Notes under the pieces: generated by a model
The model's database searches: none
What the model saw: the letters and a program-made list of their open reading frames with translations, nothing else
What the model was told of the DNA's origin: nothing
From: a virus
Strand: one strand, 5' to 3'
DNA length: 54,968 nt
IMG/VR virus record: IMGVR_UViG_3300037483_000201
Part shown: positions 8,110 to 17,963 of the stretch, in pieces
Position numbering within the stretch: position 1 is the stretch's first letter
How the letters are laid out: every line of letters starts with the position of its first letter
Program-made: the position numbers and the translations under genes

Positions 8110-9293
8110 GTGCTCAGTGCTTGTAGTTGGGCGTCAGAGAGGCGAACGGGGTAATAGGTAATATCCTCTATCCACAATCTAGCGTAGTCAGTGTTTACCC
8201 GACTCCTGCCAATCACTAAACTTACTAAGTCACTTGGCATTGTCCCGCTGGTATCTGTTAATACAGCTGCGCCGTTAACAGACAATCCGAAATCATTCGC
8301 TTTAACTCCAAGCGCGACAGCAAATTTACCAGCAGAAAGGGCTGACGTGGTGAGTTGTGCTTGCGATACATTCCCAGCAATAACTCGTGCTCTTACTGTT
8401 TCGTTTGACAAGATTAGAATATCTATATTTTCCGTTCCATCAGCGGCAGCATTCTTGAACGTAAGAAGTGACCTGTTGACCCCCGCCAATTCAAATGTTC
8501 CCTTAAATACAATCGTGGATTCTGCCGGGTTATAAAATGGTATGCTTGTAAGGTCTATATCATCCCCCTCCCGCGTTACCGCAGTTGCGCCGGTTTCAAT
8601 GGGGACGACAAGACCGGCAGCGGTGTTGAGGTAGATACCGGGGAAGTCTTGTATAATTGTACCGCTTCCACCATCCACATCCGTTTTTAGTGTCAGGGTT
8701 GTATTCCCCGTGGTGTTATTCGCGGCAGCCAGTGTTAACCCCCACCAATCGCCTAAATCAGTGACGACTATATCATCTGCAACCGCGTCATCGCCTTCCG
8801 TAGCAATCCCGGTACTGGTGTCAAGTGTGGCTGTATAAGTCAGACCCGTACCGCCAGTGTAAGTAAGGCTTAACACAGCGGAATCATCGCCTTTCCCAAT
8901 CAGCCAAAAGCCAACATTCGTCAGGCTGTTATTCGTAACGGTAATCGACTGACTGGCATCATCTGTATCCGTGAGCGTCCATGCGGTATTGGCTACACCA
9001 TCCACCCCCACCGCGTCTTTTGTAGCCCCGTTATTTGTCCATGTCGCGGCAAGATTACGATTCTGTAATAGACTATTCGTCACCTGAGGCCAGACCTGTG
9101 TGCCGCGTATAATGCCTGTCGCGGGGTCGTAGCCTACTACAGGGGTGTTGGCTGCGTATTCTTTCAGCAGGCCGTCACTGCCCCAGTCCCAAGCAAGAGA
9201 AGCGCGGGCGACAGTGCCGAGTGATAGTTGGCCGTTACCGATAGCGATCACTTTTGAATCGGCTGGTGCGTACCGCCGTAAGTGACTGCGCAT
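8106..9293 (-). CDS. receptor-binding / fibre-like protein with C-terminal LamG (concanavalin-like) domain
   Basis: The C-terminal ~170 aa (SLLTFKNAAADG..FAVALGVKANDFGLSVNGAAV..LVIGRS..ITYYPVRLSDAQLQAL) has the LamG jelly-roll pattern. The N-terminal part is beta-rich. Confidence 0.6.
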   Translation of the reverse strand: MRSHLRRYAPADSKVIAIGNGQLSLGTVARASLAWDWGSDGLLKEYAANTPVVGYDPATGIIRGTQVWPQVTNSLLQNRNLAATWTNNGATKDAVGVDGVANTAWTLTDTDDASQSITVTNNSLTNVGFWLIGKGDDSAVLSLTYTGGTGLTYTATLDTSTGIATEGDDAVADDIVVTDLGDWWGLTLAAANNTTGNTTLTLKTDVDGGSGTIIQDFPGIYLNTAAGLVVPIETGATAVTREGDDIDLTSIPFYNPAESTIVFKGTFELAGVNRSLLTFKNAAADGTENIDILILSNETVRARVIAGNVSQAQLTTSALSAGKFAVALGVKANDFGLSVNGAAVLTDTSGTMPSDLVSLVIGRSRVNTDYARLWIEDITYYPVRLSDAQLQALST

Positions 9294-9799
9294 TAATAAA
9301 AACCGACGATCAGATGGCAGTCGAACTGCTCACTGGAGATGGGTGTGTAGGCATTTCTCACCACGAGTTGTCCGTAGATCGTATTGCTGGTTCGCGGCAT
9401 GGCGATATTCAGATTGCGCACTGTCTGCACGATATTCCCGGAGGCGTCAGCGCCTGATAATCCGATTTTCCACAGGCTGTTAGAGAACTCGATCACATCA
9501 ATTAGTGTGAGAATTTCCGCGTCTGTAGGAGCAAACGCGCTGTTATCCGCGACTTCTGCAATATCGGCATCAAACAACCACAACTCCAGATCCGGTAAAG
9601 TCGATTTGTTGGCGTTGATCATCATCTTTGCGGAGTAGATTTCGCCGAACATCCCGCCGGTTTTGCTGAACTGGTAATGATCGTTAGTTGTTACTTCGGA
9701 GATCACTTCGCCAGCGGCGTATGCCGTGGTGTTGTCTGGTCTGATAATACTGTCCTTGATAACGTCGATATCGAATCCGACAATGGCTTTTGTGCTCAT
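9293..9799 (-). CDS. hypothetical virion-module protein (168 aa)
   Basis: ORF with overlapping start/stop junctions on both sides. Confidence 0.6.
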   Translation of the reverse strand: MSTKAIVGFDIDVIKDSIIRPDNTTAYAAGEVISEVTTNDHYQFSKTGGMFGEIYSAKMMINANKSTLPDLELWLFDADIAEVADNSAFAPTDAEILTLIDVIEFSNSLWKIGLSGADASGNIVQTVRNLNIAMPRTSNTIYGQLVVRNAYTPISSEQFDCHLIVGFY

Positions 9800-10119
9800 C
9801 AGTATTCCTCCGCGACTCGTTTATAGCCTTTTTGGGCTTGTCGCATTGCCTTTTTGCCTTCCGGGTAGGCTTCCACGCTCTCCACCAGCAAGGTAATCAT
9901 CTGGCGCTCATGGCTTCCGGTGATATCCTCTTTGGTGACGATCTTGCCTATCAATGTCACGGTGGCGTTATCGTTTGTGTCCACCGCATCCAGGATGGCT
10001 TTGTTGACCGGGATCTGAATATGGCGCTGGTAATCATCCATACCCGCCGCCGATTCCACCATCATTTTTTCCTCGTCCTGCTTCGGTTTCTTTAACGCGG
10101 GGAGGGTGAATTTAGGCAT
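9799..10119 (-). CDS. hypothetical virion-module protein (106 aa)
   Basis: ORF in the operon; not recognised. Confidence 0.55.
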   Translation of the reverse strand: MPKFTLPALKKPKQDEEKMMVESAAGMDDYQRHIQIPVNKAILDAVDTNDNATVTLIGKIVTKEDITGSHERQMITLLVESVEAYPEGKKAMRQAQKGYKRVAEEY

Positions 10120-10121
10120 GG

Positions 10122-10703
10122 TTATCGCTCCTGGCGGATCTTATCCAGCCAATCCCGTCCTTTCTGCCCGGCGGGATCGTGCAGTACGGCGAACGGGTAC
10201 AGCGGCGAGGTCGTGGCCGGATAGATGTACTCCTCAAAACCGGTTTCCACATCCACCGTCTTTCTGCAGCTGAATGAGGTGGCCCGCATCTTGGCCAGGT
10301 GAGACACAACAAACCGGGGGACCTTCCTTGGGACGCCGCGGAAAAAGGCGTAATGTTTGCCATTGATTATAAGATCCGGCAGAGGCACGTCGTTCTTATC
10401 CCGGGTCTCGTGGATCTCGACCTCCAGAATGTCGCTCTGGAACTGTAACTCGTCCAGTTTACTCTTGGACACCGGTCCCTCCACGGGCTCGATGATGGGC
10501 GGGATCAGCGCATCTTCTGCGGGTCCCGTGGACTTCATCCTGCGGGTTTCATCCTGCCCGAATTCATAATCCATGGAATCGAACGTGTTACGGTGTGATC
10601 GTACCGGTGTCTTGCGCTTGGCCTTGCGTTTTGCCTTCTTGCGGGGGGTGGGTGCCGCTATGGCTTCAAGCGGCTCGTTAATGGCTTCTGAGGTTCTTGG
10701 CAT
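10122..10703 (-). CDS. hypothetical virion-module protein (193 aa)
   Basis: Basic N-terminus (KKAKRKAKRK). ORF in the operon. Confidence 0.6.
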   Translation of the reverse strand: MPRTSEAINEPLEAIAAPTPRKKAKRKAKRKTPVRSHRNTFDSMDYEFGQDETRRMKSTGPAEDALIPPIIEPVEGPVSKSKLDELQFQSDILEVEIHETRDKNDVPLPDLIINGKHYAFFRGVPRKVPRFVVSHLAKMRATSFSCRKTVDVETGFEEYIYPATTSPLYPFAVLHDPAGQKGRDWLDKIRQER

Positions 10704-10880
10704 GATGATCTCCTGTTAGTTAGATGATCGGACGGTAACACCGTGAGGTAATAACTGGCCGATCATGGGTTGTTTACTGAATTATCTGTCCTGCTCAACC
10801 TTGATGTAATCGATAATGGCAATCACTTGGTTGGCGGAGCGGTTGGCGACAATGATTGCTGGCGTCAGCATGATCTCCGG

Positions 10881-11243
10881 TTATATTTGAAAAAACGCCT
10901 CCAGTATTGAGATATCGTTTTCTGATAACATGGGGGCGTCTCCTAATGCCTCAATCAGTGTTTCCATACTGATATCAAGCGGTTTCAGATCGGATTCCTG
11001 CTGAAGATATACGTTGAATTTATTCAGAAACTCATTGAACTGATCTGTGCCTGGTTCGATTTTCGGCGGACCCGTACCACAGGCTTCATGGATGAGAGCC
11101 ACGCGTTGCGATTCACACGCCTGCAGTTCTTCATCTACAAGTTTTTTGTATTTGTATAACCGATAAGCGATCTGCGGGCTTATCTTCAGTGCTGACAGCG
11201 TATTCCACGACGGGGCTGAAGCCCAGATTTCAACTAATTTCAT
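10881..11243 (-). CDS. hypothetical protein (120 aa)
   Basis: ORF in the operon; not recognised. Confidence 0.55.
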   Translation of the reverse strand: MKLVEIWASAPSWNTLSALKISPQIAYRLYKYKKLVDEELQACESQRVALIHEACGTGPPKIEPGTDQFNEFLNKFNVYLQQESDLKPLDISMETLIEALGDAPMLSENDISILEAFFQI

Positions 11244-11300
11244 AAGATTCCCTCAAAAACCCTCCGGGGCATAGTGGCCCGGAGGGTGGTTGTCAAACGA

Positions 11301-12062
11301 TTAACTGGCAAATTCTGCCGCCGTAATGAGAGGAATCACGTAGTCAACCCCGGCGGCCTTGATGCGAAGCCCTTTGGTAAAATCGGCAAGGGCCGTGGTT
11401 GTCCCCACGTTCATAAGCATCTTACTGGTCCCCGCCGTGACACCCGCCAGTGTCATCAGGTATCCGTTCGTGTCGAACGTGGATGCATCAGCACCATTCA
11501 CCGATGCGTAGATCAGCGCCGCCGCCGTACCGGTCTGTGCGCCGCTGCCCAGGTTAAGCTCCAGCTCCAGAGGCGCATAATTGCCATCCGTTGTGCCCGC
11601 GGAAAGCGTCATCTCCGCAACGAACGCCGATCCCAACCCGGTCGTCTTGCCTGACGACCCATAGGTGACATCCGCCTTCAGCGCGTTCGACCATCCGGCC
11701 AGCGCGACGTTGGTGGTCATCGCAAACTTCGCACGTCCTCCGACGCCGCCGATACCCGTCATCGTGGTGGTGAGTGCCAGGGACTCCACGCTCGTTCCGC
11801 CATCGGTTGAGGCGCTGGATACCGCCCATGTGAGTTGGTTGGCGGCATCCACAACAATCGCCTTTTCTGCAGCTACGGTGCCGTTGGTAATGCCGTCGAT
11901 TTTCGCCAGATCCGCGGCTCCGATGGAATCGATGGCCGCCAGCTCGTTGAGATCGATTTCGGTCTCCGTACCGCTTGCATCCAAAATGATAATTTTTGAG
12001 CCGAAACCCAGCCGCAGGAATCGCCTTACAAATACTGTTGATGCTTCTAATAGATTACGCAT
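11301..12062 (-). CDS. virion structural protein, possibly capsid-associated / decoration
   Basis: 253 aa, A/G/T-rich and beta-type. It is the second gene after the coat gene. Function is from position only. Confidence 0.5.
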   Translation of the reverse strand: MRNLLEASTVFVRRFLRLGFGSKIIILDASGTETEIDLNELAAIDSIGAADLAKIDGITNGTVAAEKAIVVDAANQLTWAVSSASTDGGTSVESLALTTTMTGIGGVGGRAKFAMTTNVALAGWSNALKADVTYGSSGKTTGLGSAFVAEMTLSAGTTDGNYAPLELELNLGSGAQTGTAAALIYASVNGADASTFDTNGYLMTLAGVTAGTSKMLMNVGTTTALADFTKGLRIKAAGVDYVIPLITAAEFAS

Positions 12063-12126
12063 GATTGATCTCCGTTATAATTCAAGTCATTGGAGTAAGG
12101 CCGCCCTGATGGCGGCCTTGGTTTTG

Positions 12127-12588
12127 TTACGAGGTCTGCGGCTTACCGGGCATACCCATCAGGAAATCGATGTACGTATCGGTGATGGTGCCGTCGTCCA
12201 AAGCCGTGGTGCCGTTGGTAAACGTACCGCCGTCGGTGACCACCTTGTAGCCGCCGATGGGGCAGTTGTCCGCATCCGGGCTTGGCCATTGGCAGCTGTT
12301 GGTGATCCCGAGATCCGCCGTCAGGACTTCGTTGCCCTTCTTGGTGCTGACCGTGCCGTCGGAATCGATCTGCACCAGGTACAGACAGGTCGTGTCATCG
12401 GCCTGGGCCGTATGGGCAGTGACCGCGATATTGTCGGTGTCGGCCTTGTGATAGCCGATCCCGTCGATGGCAAAATCAACACCGGCGCCGTTGGGCGCGG
12501 CGATCTTGATCTTGGTCGAGGTGCCGCCAATCGTCAGACCAGCCTTGGCCACACTGCCGGTGAAATTACTGTTTGCTAAAAGATCCAT
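12127..12588 (-). CDS. putative head decoration / cement protein
   Basis: 153 aa, beta-rich, immediately downstream of the coat gene, with GGAGA upstream. Confidence 0.5.
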   Translation of the reverse strand: MDLLANSNFTGSVAKAGLTIGGTSTKIKIAAPNGAGVDFAIDGIGYHKADTDNIAVTAHTAQADDTTCLYLVQIDSDGTVSTKKGNEVLTADLGITNSCQWPSPDADNCPIGGYKVVTDGGTFTNGTTALDDGTITDTYIDFLMGMPGKPQTS

Positions 12589-12647
12589 GATAGTTCTCCA
12601 AAATAAATGAAAGGACAGGGGGCGGTTATGCCCCCGCCTTAATGGGA

Positions 12648-13694
12648 TTAGGTCAGGTTACTTCTCCCAGCCTCAATGACTCCCATCCAGCCACCGTTCA
12701 CCACCGCCACGGCGTTCCAGAAGATCGCGCCCACATAGCCGCGCTGGCCAAGGACGTCGGACTTGTCCCGCTGCTTATGGCTGAGGTGGACCGGCTCCAT
12801 GCTGTCCATGCCGCGCAGCGCCACATCGAACACGGCGTCCTCGCCCATAAGCAGGTACGGATAGACATCGACGTTGGCCGCGGAGTTGGTGGTTCCGTAC
12901 AGCGCCGAATTGGCCCCGCCGGCATCCGCATACGCGGTTAATTCCGGGCTGAGGATGAACCGGAACTCGCCGACAGCACCGATCTCAGCCGGGTGCAGCT
13001 GGGAGCGGGCATCGCCATAACGCACGACCGCGACGTAACCCGGCAGATCCTCTACATCGGCCTGACAGTCCGTGCTGACGAACACAACGTAACTCGGCTG
13101 GATACCGAAGGTCTCATAGTTGATACCGGGCTTGATGGCGCGGTTCTTCTTTTTCGCGTGGTTCGCCTTCAGGATGACCGTCATCCGGCGCAGGGCATTC
13201 AACGTGATCTTCTCATCCACGGTGGCACGGGTGGTGCCGCCTGAATAGATGACGTTGGTGCAGGCCTTCATCGCCCCGTACTTGATCATTTCCCGGACCA
13301 ACCCCATGCGTTCACCGGTCTGCTGCACCTGATCCTTGGGGATGTCTTCCTCGTGCAACTCAGCCGCCTTGTCTGTGTACATATACAGACACGCATATTC
13401 CTGCTGCACGACGTTGATAAACTGGTAGGTGATTTGCTCCGCAGTCGGGGTCACGCCTTCCTGTACCAGATGCGCGGCTGCCGTGACCGACGGGCGGTTC
13501 TGGGTGTTGACGTCAGTGGTGGTGGCGCCTTTCGGCAGTACGCGCCGATAGGTGATGTTATCGCCTTTACGTTTGGGCATCGGCACCTGCTTACACCCCA
13601 TTGCCAGCACCTCTTCGTGCTGGGCATGGGCGAGCATTTCGCCGAATACCTCATTGATGGCACCCGTGGTGCCTAGATAGGTATTGCCAGGCAT
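12648..13694 (-). CDS. major capsid protein (HK97-fold type)
   Basis: 348 aa, directly after the scaffold-like gene in the portal-scaffold-coat order. By recollection the sequence resembles the N4 gp56-type coat family; this was not searchable here. Confidence 0.75.
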   Translation of the reverse strand: MPGNTYLGTTGAINEVFGEMLAHAQHEEVLAMGCKQVPMPKRKGDNITYRRVLPKGATTTDVNTQNRPSVTAAAHLVQEGVTPTAEQITYQFINVVQQEYACLYMYTDKAAELHEEDIPKDQVQQTGERMGLVREMIKYGAMKACTNVIYSGGTTRATVDEKITLNALRRMTVILKANHAKKKNRAIKPGINYETFGIQPSYVVFVSTDCQADVEDLPGYVAVVRYGDARSQLHPAEIGAVGEFRFILSPELTAYADAGGANSALYGTTNSAANVDVYPYLLMGEDAVFDVALRGMDSMEPVHLSHKQRDKSDVLGQRGYVGAIFWNAVAVVNGGWMGVIEAGRSNLT

Positions 13695-13728
13695 GGCAGT
13701 TCTCCTTGGTTAAATTTGTGGGTAGCCG

Positions 13729-14739
13729 CTACCAGGCGCGGTTAAACGCGTCCTGTGCGACTTGCTCTGCTGTTTTATCCACCGGTTGCGCACGGCCGCC
13801 CATTGATCTGGGGGTCGTCGCACTCTGCAGACGCTTCTCTTGTTTGTGCCTTTTTTCCTCATCCTGTTTGGCTTTTTGAGCCTGCTCCTGCCGCTCCTTG
13901 AATCCGTTCAACAGGGTAATGGTGTCCTCGGCCCTGGTGCTGAAAAATAACGCCCCGCGCTCGCCCCACCACTTCGGGTATTGGCGCGCCAGATCCTCGA
14001 CCATGGCCGCCCGCTCATCGGGGGTCTTGTCCAGGAACGATTTATCCGGGCCGCCTTCCAGGGCGTATTCCCTGAACTCCTGTGCATTAATGGTGGCTTC
14101 CCAGTCGGGGTGCTTATTGTCCAGCTTTACTAACTCGCGCATTTCCTGTGTGGCTTGCCGTACTTCCTGTCTGGTTAGTGATACAGTTTCTGTTATTTCA
14201 TCCCTGAACTTATTAATGTCCGCCGGCTTGATCCGGCTCAGATCGGCGCGTATGGCCATCAGCTCGTCCTCGACGGGCTTGAATTCCTGATATTCGTCGA
14301 TCAGCTTTTTCATGGCCTCCGTGTTCTGTAGTGCCGCCTTGATCTCCTGATCGGTCGGTCCGTCTGTAGACACGTTCTTGGCTTTCTCGATGACACGGCT
14401 TAATTTGTCTTTGTGATCCCCCAGTGTGCCTTCCACCCGCTGTTTCCATTCGGGTAACTCGTCCATGAATTTTTTCAGCTGCTCCTGTTTGGCGGCTTCA
14501 GCTGCCTCTTCCTTTTTGGCCTCTGCTTCTGCTACTTCTGCCGCTTTCAGCTCAACAATCTGTTGCGTTTCTTCTTCCTCTTCTTCCACTTCTTCTTGTG
14601 GTGCGTCGTCGCCGCTGATCTTATTGAAGCCATGCTCTGCAGCCGTGATCGCCTCCTGCTCGGCTTTCGCCTGATCTTCCGGCGTTAATTCCTGTTGTTC
14701 GTCGATCAACTCTTCTTCGGTTGTGTTTTTTTCGGTCAT
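13729..14739 (-). CDS. scaffolding protein
   Basis: 336 aa, very acidic, E/K/A/Q-rich helical sequence, located between portal and coat. Confidence 0.7.
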   Translation of the reverse strand: MTEKNTTEEELIDEQQELTPEDQAKAEQEAITAAEHGFNKISGDDAPQEEVEEEEEETQQIVELKAAEVAEAEAKKEEAAEAAKQEQLKKFMDELPEWKQRVEGTLGDHKDKLSRVIEKAKNVSTDGPTDQEIKAALQNTEAMKKLIDEYQEFKPVEDELMAIRADLSRIKPADINKFRDEITETVSLTRQEVRQATQEMRELVKLDNKHPDWEATINAQEFREYALEGGPDKSFLDKTPDERAAMVEDLARQYPKWWGERGALFFSTRAEDTITLLNGFKERQEQAQKAKQDEEKRHKQEKRLQSATTPRSMGGRAQPVDKTAEQVAQDAFNRAW

Positions 14740-14771
14740 GGATCACCTCATAAATAGCAGATGCCCTGCGC

Positions 14772-14999
14772 CTATGGCGTCAGATCGTCTGCCTGCTCAG
14801 TCGCCGGCACCGGAAAATCCAATGTCAGCAGATATTTATACGCAGCGATACGCCCCAGCAACACGCAGCGCTGGGGCTCCGGCAGCAGAGTGTCGTTACG
14901 GATCCGGAGACGGGTGATTTCCGCCTCCAGGTGTGCTTTTACATCACGCCAGAAATTCTGGTTGTTAGCGATCTCTGTGCGGAGTTCGTCGCGGGTCAA
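14772..14999 (-). CDS. hypothetical protein (75 aa)
   Basis: ORF 14772..15068. I favour the TTG at 14999, which overlaps the upstream TGA (TTGA). The start is uncertain. Confidence 0.45.
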   Translation of the reverse strand: MTRDELRTEIANNQNFWRDVKAHLEAEITRLRIRNDTLLPEPQRCVLLGRIAAYKYLLTLDFPVPATEQADDLTP

Positions 15000-15247
15000 T
15001 GGATAATCGCTCCCTGTTGGCGCGTTCGCTCGGCACGATACCAGGGGCCGGTTTCCCCGTTGCGGCACATATAACCACTGCGCATCTTACCGACGACCTC
15101 CGGATCGTTCTTCAGCCAGTCCGGCACGTCGCCGGCACGCAGCGCAGTCCACGGGCCGTCGTCGGTGTCCGATCTGAATATCACCAGTAAATCGTACCTG
15201 AGCCCCTTGGTGCTTATCTTCGACGGCAGTCTTATGGCTTCACGCAT
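14996..15247 (-). CDS. hypothetical protein (83 aa)
   Basis: ORF 14996..15301 trimmed to ATG 15247, with an 8-nt overlap with the upstream stop. Confidence 0.5.
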   Translation of the reverse strand: MREAIRLPSKISTKGLRYDLLVIFRSDTDDGPWTALRAGDVPDWLKNDPEVVGKMRSGYMCRNGETGPWYRAERTRQQGAIIH

Positions 15248-15482
15248 GGTCGTTATCCAGTAACAGATGGATTTTGACTCGCATAGCTTCAGCATCAGCA
15301 TGTGAGCCTGTTATTATCGCGTCTCCATTTTCATTTACTGAGATATTTTGTACTTGTGTGTTTACAACCATGGCGCAAATTTCATCCTGCTGTCTCAGAA
15401 TGGTCTCGATGACATCCACTTCCTTACCGTCCTTGTCTTTGGCGGTGATACTTGCGATCTGATTGTTGACAACGTATTTCAT
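15240..15482 (-). CDS. hypothetical protein (80 aa)
   Basis: ORF 15240..15503 trimmed to ATG 15482, which is preceded by AGGAG. Confidence 0.55.
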   Translation of the reverse strand: MKYVVNNQIASITAKDKDGKEVDVIETILRQQDEICAMVVNTQVQNISVNENGDAIITGSHADAEAMRVKIHLLLDNDHA

Positions 15483-15492
15483 GTATTTTCTC

Positions 15493-17706
15493 CTATTGAA
15501 CATAGGACTGGCCGGGCTGTGCCTGCTGCGGCGGCTCAGTCGGTGGGGTGTTCATCAACTTGGCCGGGGCACTCATCCCCGCCAACTTCTCCTGGGTGCG
15601 CAGGCGCATAACCGTGTCAGCGAGCCTGGCTTTTATTCCGTCCAGGGCTTTCTTCATGTCTCCGGATTGCTGGGCCTGCTCCAGTTCAAACTCCACCGAT
15701 TTCATCATCAAGTCGAACTGCCGGTCGCGCTCATTCTCCTGTTGCTGTGACTGGAGCTTCTGCTGCTCGGTCTGTGCCCTGAGTTGAGCCACCTCAATGC
15801 GCGGATCACCCTGTTGAGACTGCTGCATCTGCTGCCAATTCTGGAGCATCTGTTGCCATTCCTCGTCTTCAAACTCGAACCGTTTCGGGTCAAAATGTCT
15901 GGATTTCAGGTATTCGTCCATGCCTTTGATCGGATCCTTACCGTATCTCGGATCAAGAAACGCTCTTAACAGACCCATCAACTCCTGATTCTGCAGCTCC
16001 CGCTCAACCAGTGCGGAGCTGCCCCTGGCGTCGATCTGAAAATCCCCTTTCTCCCTGTCGTCGGGGCCGTGGATCAACAGCCACTTGTAATCCCTGCGGA
16101 TCCGGGGCTCGGTGATATTGTCATCAAACAGCCTGGCGAGACGCCTCAGGACCGTTCCAGCGTTGGTCTGGAATAATTGCTGGCCTGCGGCGGTATCCGG
16201 GACGGAGGGCCCCATTTGCCCCTGCATCATCATCGGCATGCTGGTGGTTATTTCCGCGATTTGAATCCCCAGCCGGATGATCGTCATGAACTCGTTGACC
16301 ATCATATCAATCTTGATTGCGCCAATAGCATTGGCTGCATTTGTGATCGCGTCTGCATCGGCATCCAATACATACACTCGCCTTGGCCCCAGCCCCGGCG
16401 GCAGCCCGTCAGCAGGGACGACTCCACGCAGCATCACCAGCATCGGCGCGGCTGCCAGGCCAGCGTTGTCCATCAGGTTTCTCACGGCAGCCGTGACTAT
16501 CTTCTGCGCCGTGCGGATTTGTCTGGCCACACCGATCCCCGCCCAACTGCCGGATCTCGGCCTCCAGACAAACACATCATAAGGATAATCACCGGTATCC
16601 AGCGGATTCAGGCTGAGCCGGACGACACGGTGGTTGATCATCGTGACCATGTAGGGCGCACTGATATCCTCTTTGATCAGCGAGCAATCGCAGCCCATGG
16701 CCTCCAGATCCTCTTTTTCTGCGCTGCCGTGCCCATACCAGATCTGATAGCGGTGTTTCATACCCGGATCTGTCTCCGGTGTGGGTTTATCGGTATAGGT
16801 GCCGACGACCTGCATGGGCCCCTCATCAAGGCACTGCTGGATCTGCGCGTCGATATACCCTTCCTGCCCCATTAATTCCCTGACTTGGCGTCTACTTAGA
16901 TAGTCCCGCTCCCAGACCCCACTGCCGTTGTGATGGTCCTCGCCACAGTCCGCCGCCGGGTAGAAATTCCAGGGATCGACGCGCCGGGTGCCGGGGATCA
17001 TCTTGACGCTCTCCACCAGCCCACCGTTTTCGTACAGCACGGTTTTGACCGGGTGGGGGAACGGCCCCTTGAGCACCCCCACGCCGATACGCGCGGCATC
17101 CTCGATGACTTTACGGACTTCGGCGTGCCATTCGGACTCAATATGCCAATCGTCTATACGCTGCTGCGCCGCCTCGGCTGCCTCGGCCGCCTGGTCAATC
17201 CGTTGTTGCGCCTGCAATACCAACGCCTTTTCAGCTTCATCGGCCTGTTGTGGGTCGTTGTGCTGTTGGTCGATCTGCTGCTGGATCTCCGGTGGGACCT
17301 CCCCGCTGGCGATCTTCGCGAGATCAGGGATCGGCGTGGGTTTGATTGACCAGTTGCGGTCATCGGTGGGTAACAACATGTCCGCGACACGCGCAGAGCC
17401 GGTCTCAACGAAAGGCCCGGTGATATTCGGGAACACCCGGGATCGTGTCTCGTTCCCACTACTGGATTTAGGCGACTGAAACATGGGCTTCTGATGCATG
17501 ACAGACCGCTCATCCCCACGGTTCAAATCGTCTATGCCCTCATAAAATTCCTCGTCTTCATACCAGATCTGCTCGACACCGGATTGCTCCCTGGCCTGGA
17601 TCGCCTCGGCACGAGTTCGGGCCAGGATCTGGCCGAACTCGTCCAGTTTGGCGTAATCTATCTCATCCTCCAGGTCGTCCATCATCCCCGCTTGCTCTTC
17701 AGACAC
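15493..17706 (-). CDS. portal protein
   Basis: 737 aa, downstream of TerL and upstream of scaffold and coat, with a Q/E-rich C-terminal tail. The call rests on size and synteny. Confidence 0.75.
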   Translation of the reverse strand: MSEEQAGMMDDLEDEIDYAKLDEFGQILARTRAEAIQAREQSGVEQIWYEDEEFYEGIDDLNRGDERSVMHQKPMFQSPKSSSGNETRSRVFPNITGPFVETGSARVADMLLPTDDRNWSIKPTPIPDLAKIASGEVPPEIQQQIDQQHNDPQQADEAEKALVLQAQQRIDQAAEAAEAAQQRIDDWHIESEWHAEVRKVIEDAARIGVGVLKGPFPHPVKTVLYENGGLVESVKMIPGTRRVDPWNFYPAADCGEDHHNGSGVWERDYLSRRQVRELMGQEGYIDAQIQQCLDEGPMQVVGTYTDKPTPETDPGMKHRYQIWYGHGSAEKEDLEAMGCDCSLIKEDISAPYMVTMINHRVVRLSLNPLDTGDYPYDVFVWRPRSGSWAGIGVARQIRTAQKIVTAAVRNLMDNAGLAAAPMLVMLRGVVPADGLPPGLGPRRVYVLDADADAITNAANAIGAIKIDMMVNEFMTIIRLGIQIAEITTSMPMMMQGQMGPSVPDTAAGQQLFQTNAGTVLRRLARLFDDNITEPRIRRDYKWLLIHGPDDREKGDFQIDARGSSALVERELQNQELMGLLRAFLDPRYGKDPIKGMDEYLKSRHFDPKRFEFEDEEWQQMLQNWQQMQQSQQGDPRIEVAQLRAQTEQQKLQSQQQENERDRQFDLMMKSVEFELEQAQQSGDMKKALDGIKARLADTVMRLRTQEKLAGMSAPAKLMNTPPTEPPQQAQPGQSYVQ

Positions 17707-17962
17707 TCATCGCCCCCTTGGCTTTTGCCCTCTTATTCACCACCTGATCCAGCAGGTCCATATGCGGCCTCATGTCCTCCGGAGCAGGCGGGGCTCGCTT
17801 GAGGCGTTGGGCGTTTACTACCCGGCTGTCGTAGTTGCGTACCACCTGCTTGTAGACCTCCTGATAGGCCCGCAGCACTGTCTCGTCGGGCTCGGGGCCA
17901 GTGCCGGCGTTGTACGCCTCCAGTGGCTGTTTCAGTGCGGCGAGGATCAGCTCATAATTCAT
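17699..17962 (-). CDS. hypothetical protein (87 aa) between terminase and portal
   Basis: ORF 17699..18040 trimmed to ATG 17962, which lies just after the TerL stop. Confidence 0.5.
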   Translation of the reverse strand: MNYELILAALKQPLEAYNAGTGPEPDETVLRAYQEVYKQVVRNYDSRVVNAQRLKRAPPAPEDMRPHMDLLDQVVNKRAKAKGAMSV

Positions 17963-17963
17963 A

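Noticed and set aside
8106-9293. A diversity-generating retroelement targeting the LamG-type receptor-binding gene or the fibre gene.
   Set aside because: No reverse transcriptase ORF and no template/variable repeat pair with adenine-specific differences was seen anywhere in the genome.
10704-10880. The 177-nt gap in the late block, with an imperfect inverted repeat (gatgatcgg..ccgatcat), as a terminator; also a possible 29-aa ORF (10782..10871, GGAG upstream).
   Set aside because: The hairpin has a long loop and no U-tract in the transcribed sense. The micro-ORF has no coupling or hydrophobic signature to support it. Both are left unannotated.
11665-12579. Large antisense ORFs in GC-rich late genes, for example 11665..12579 (304 aa), 43173..44093 (306 aa), 16177..16875 (232 aa), 4067..4627 and 47722..48189.
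   Set aside because: They lie entirely inside longer, motif-bearing ORFs on the opposite strand. They have Arg/Pro/Ser/Ala-skewed composition typical of antisense frames in GC-rich coding DNA, and no RBS or operon logic.
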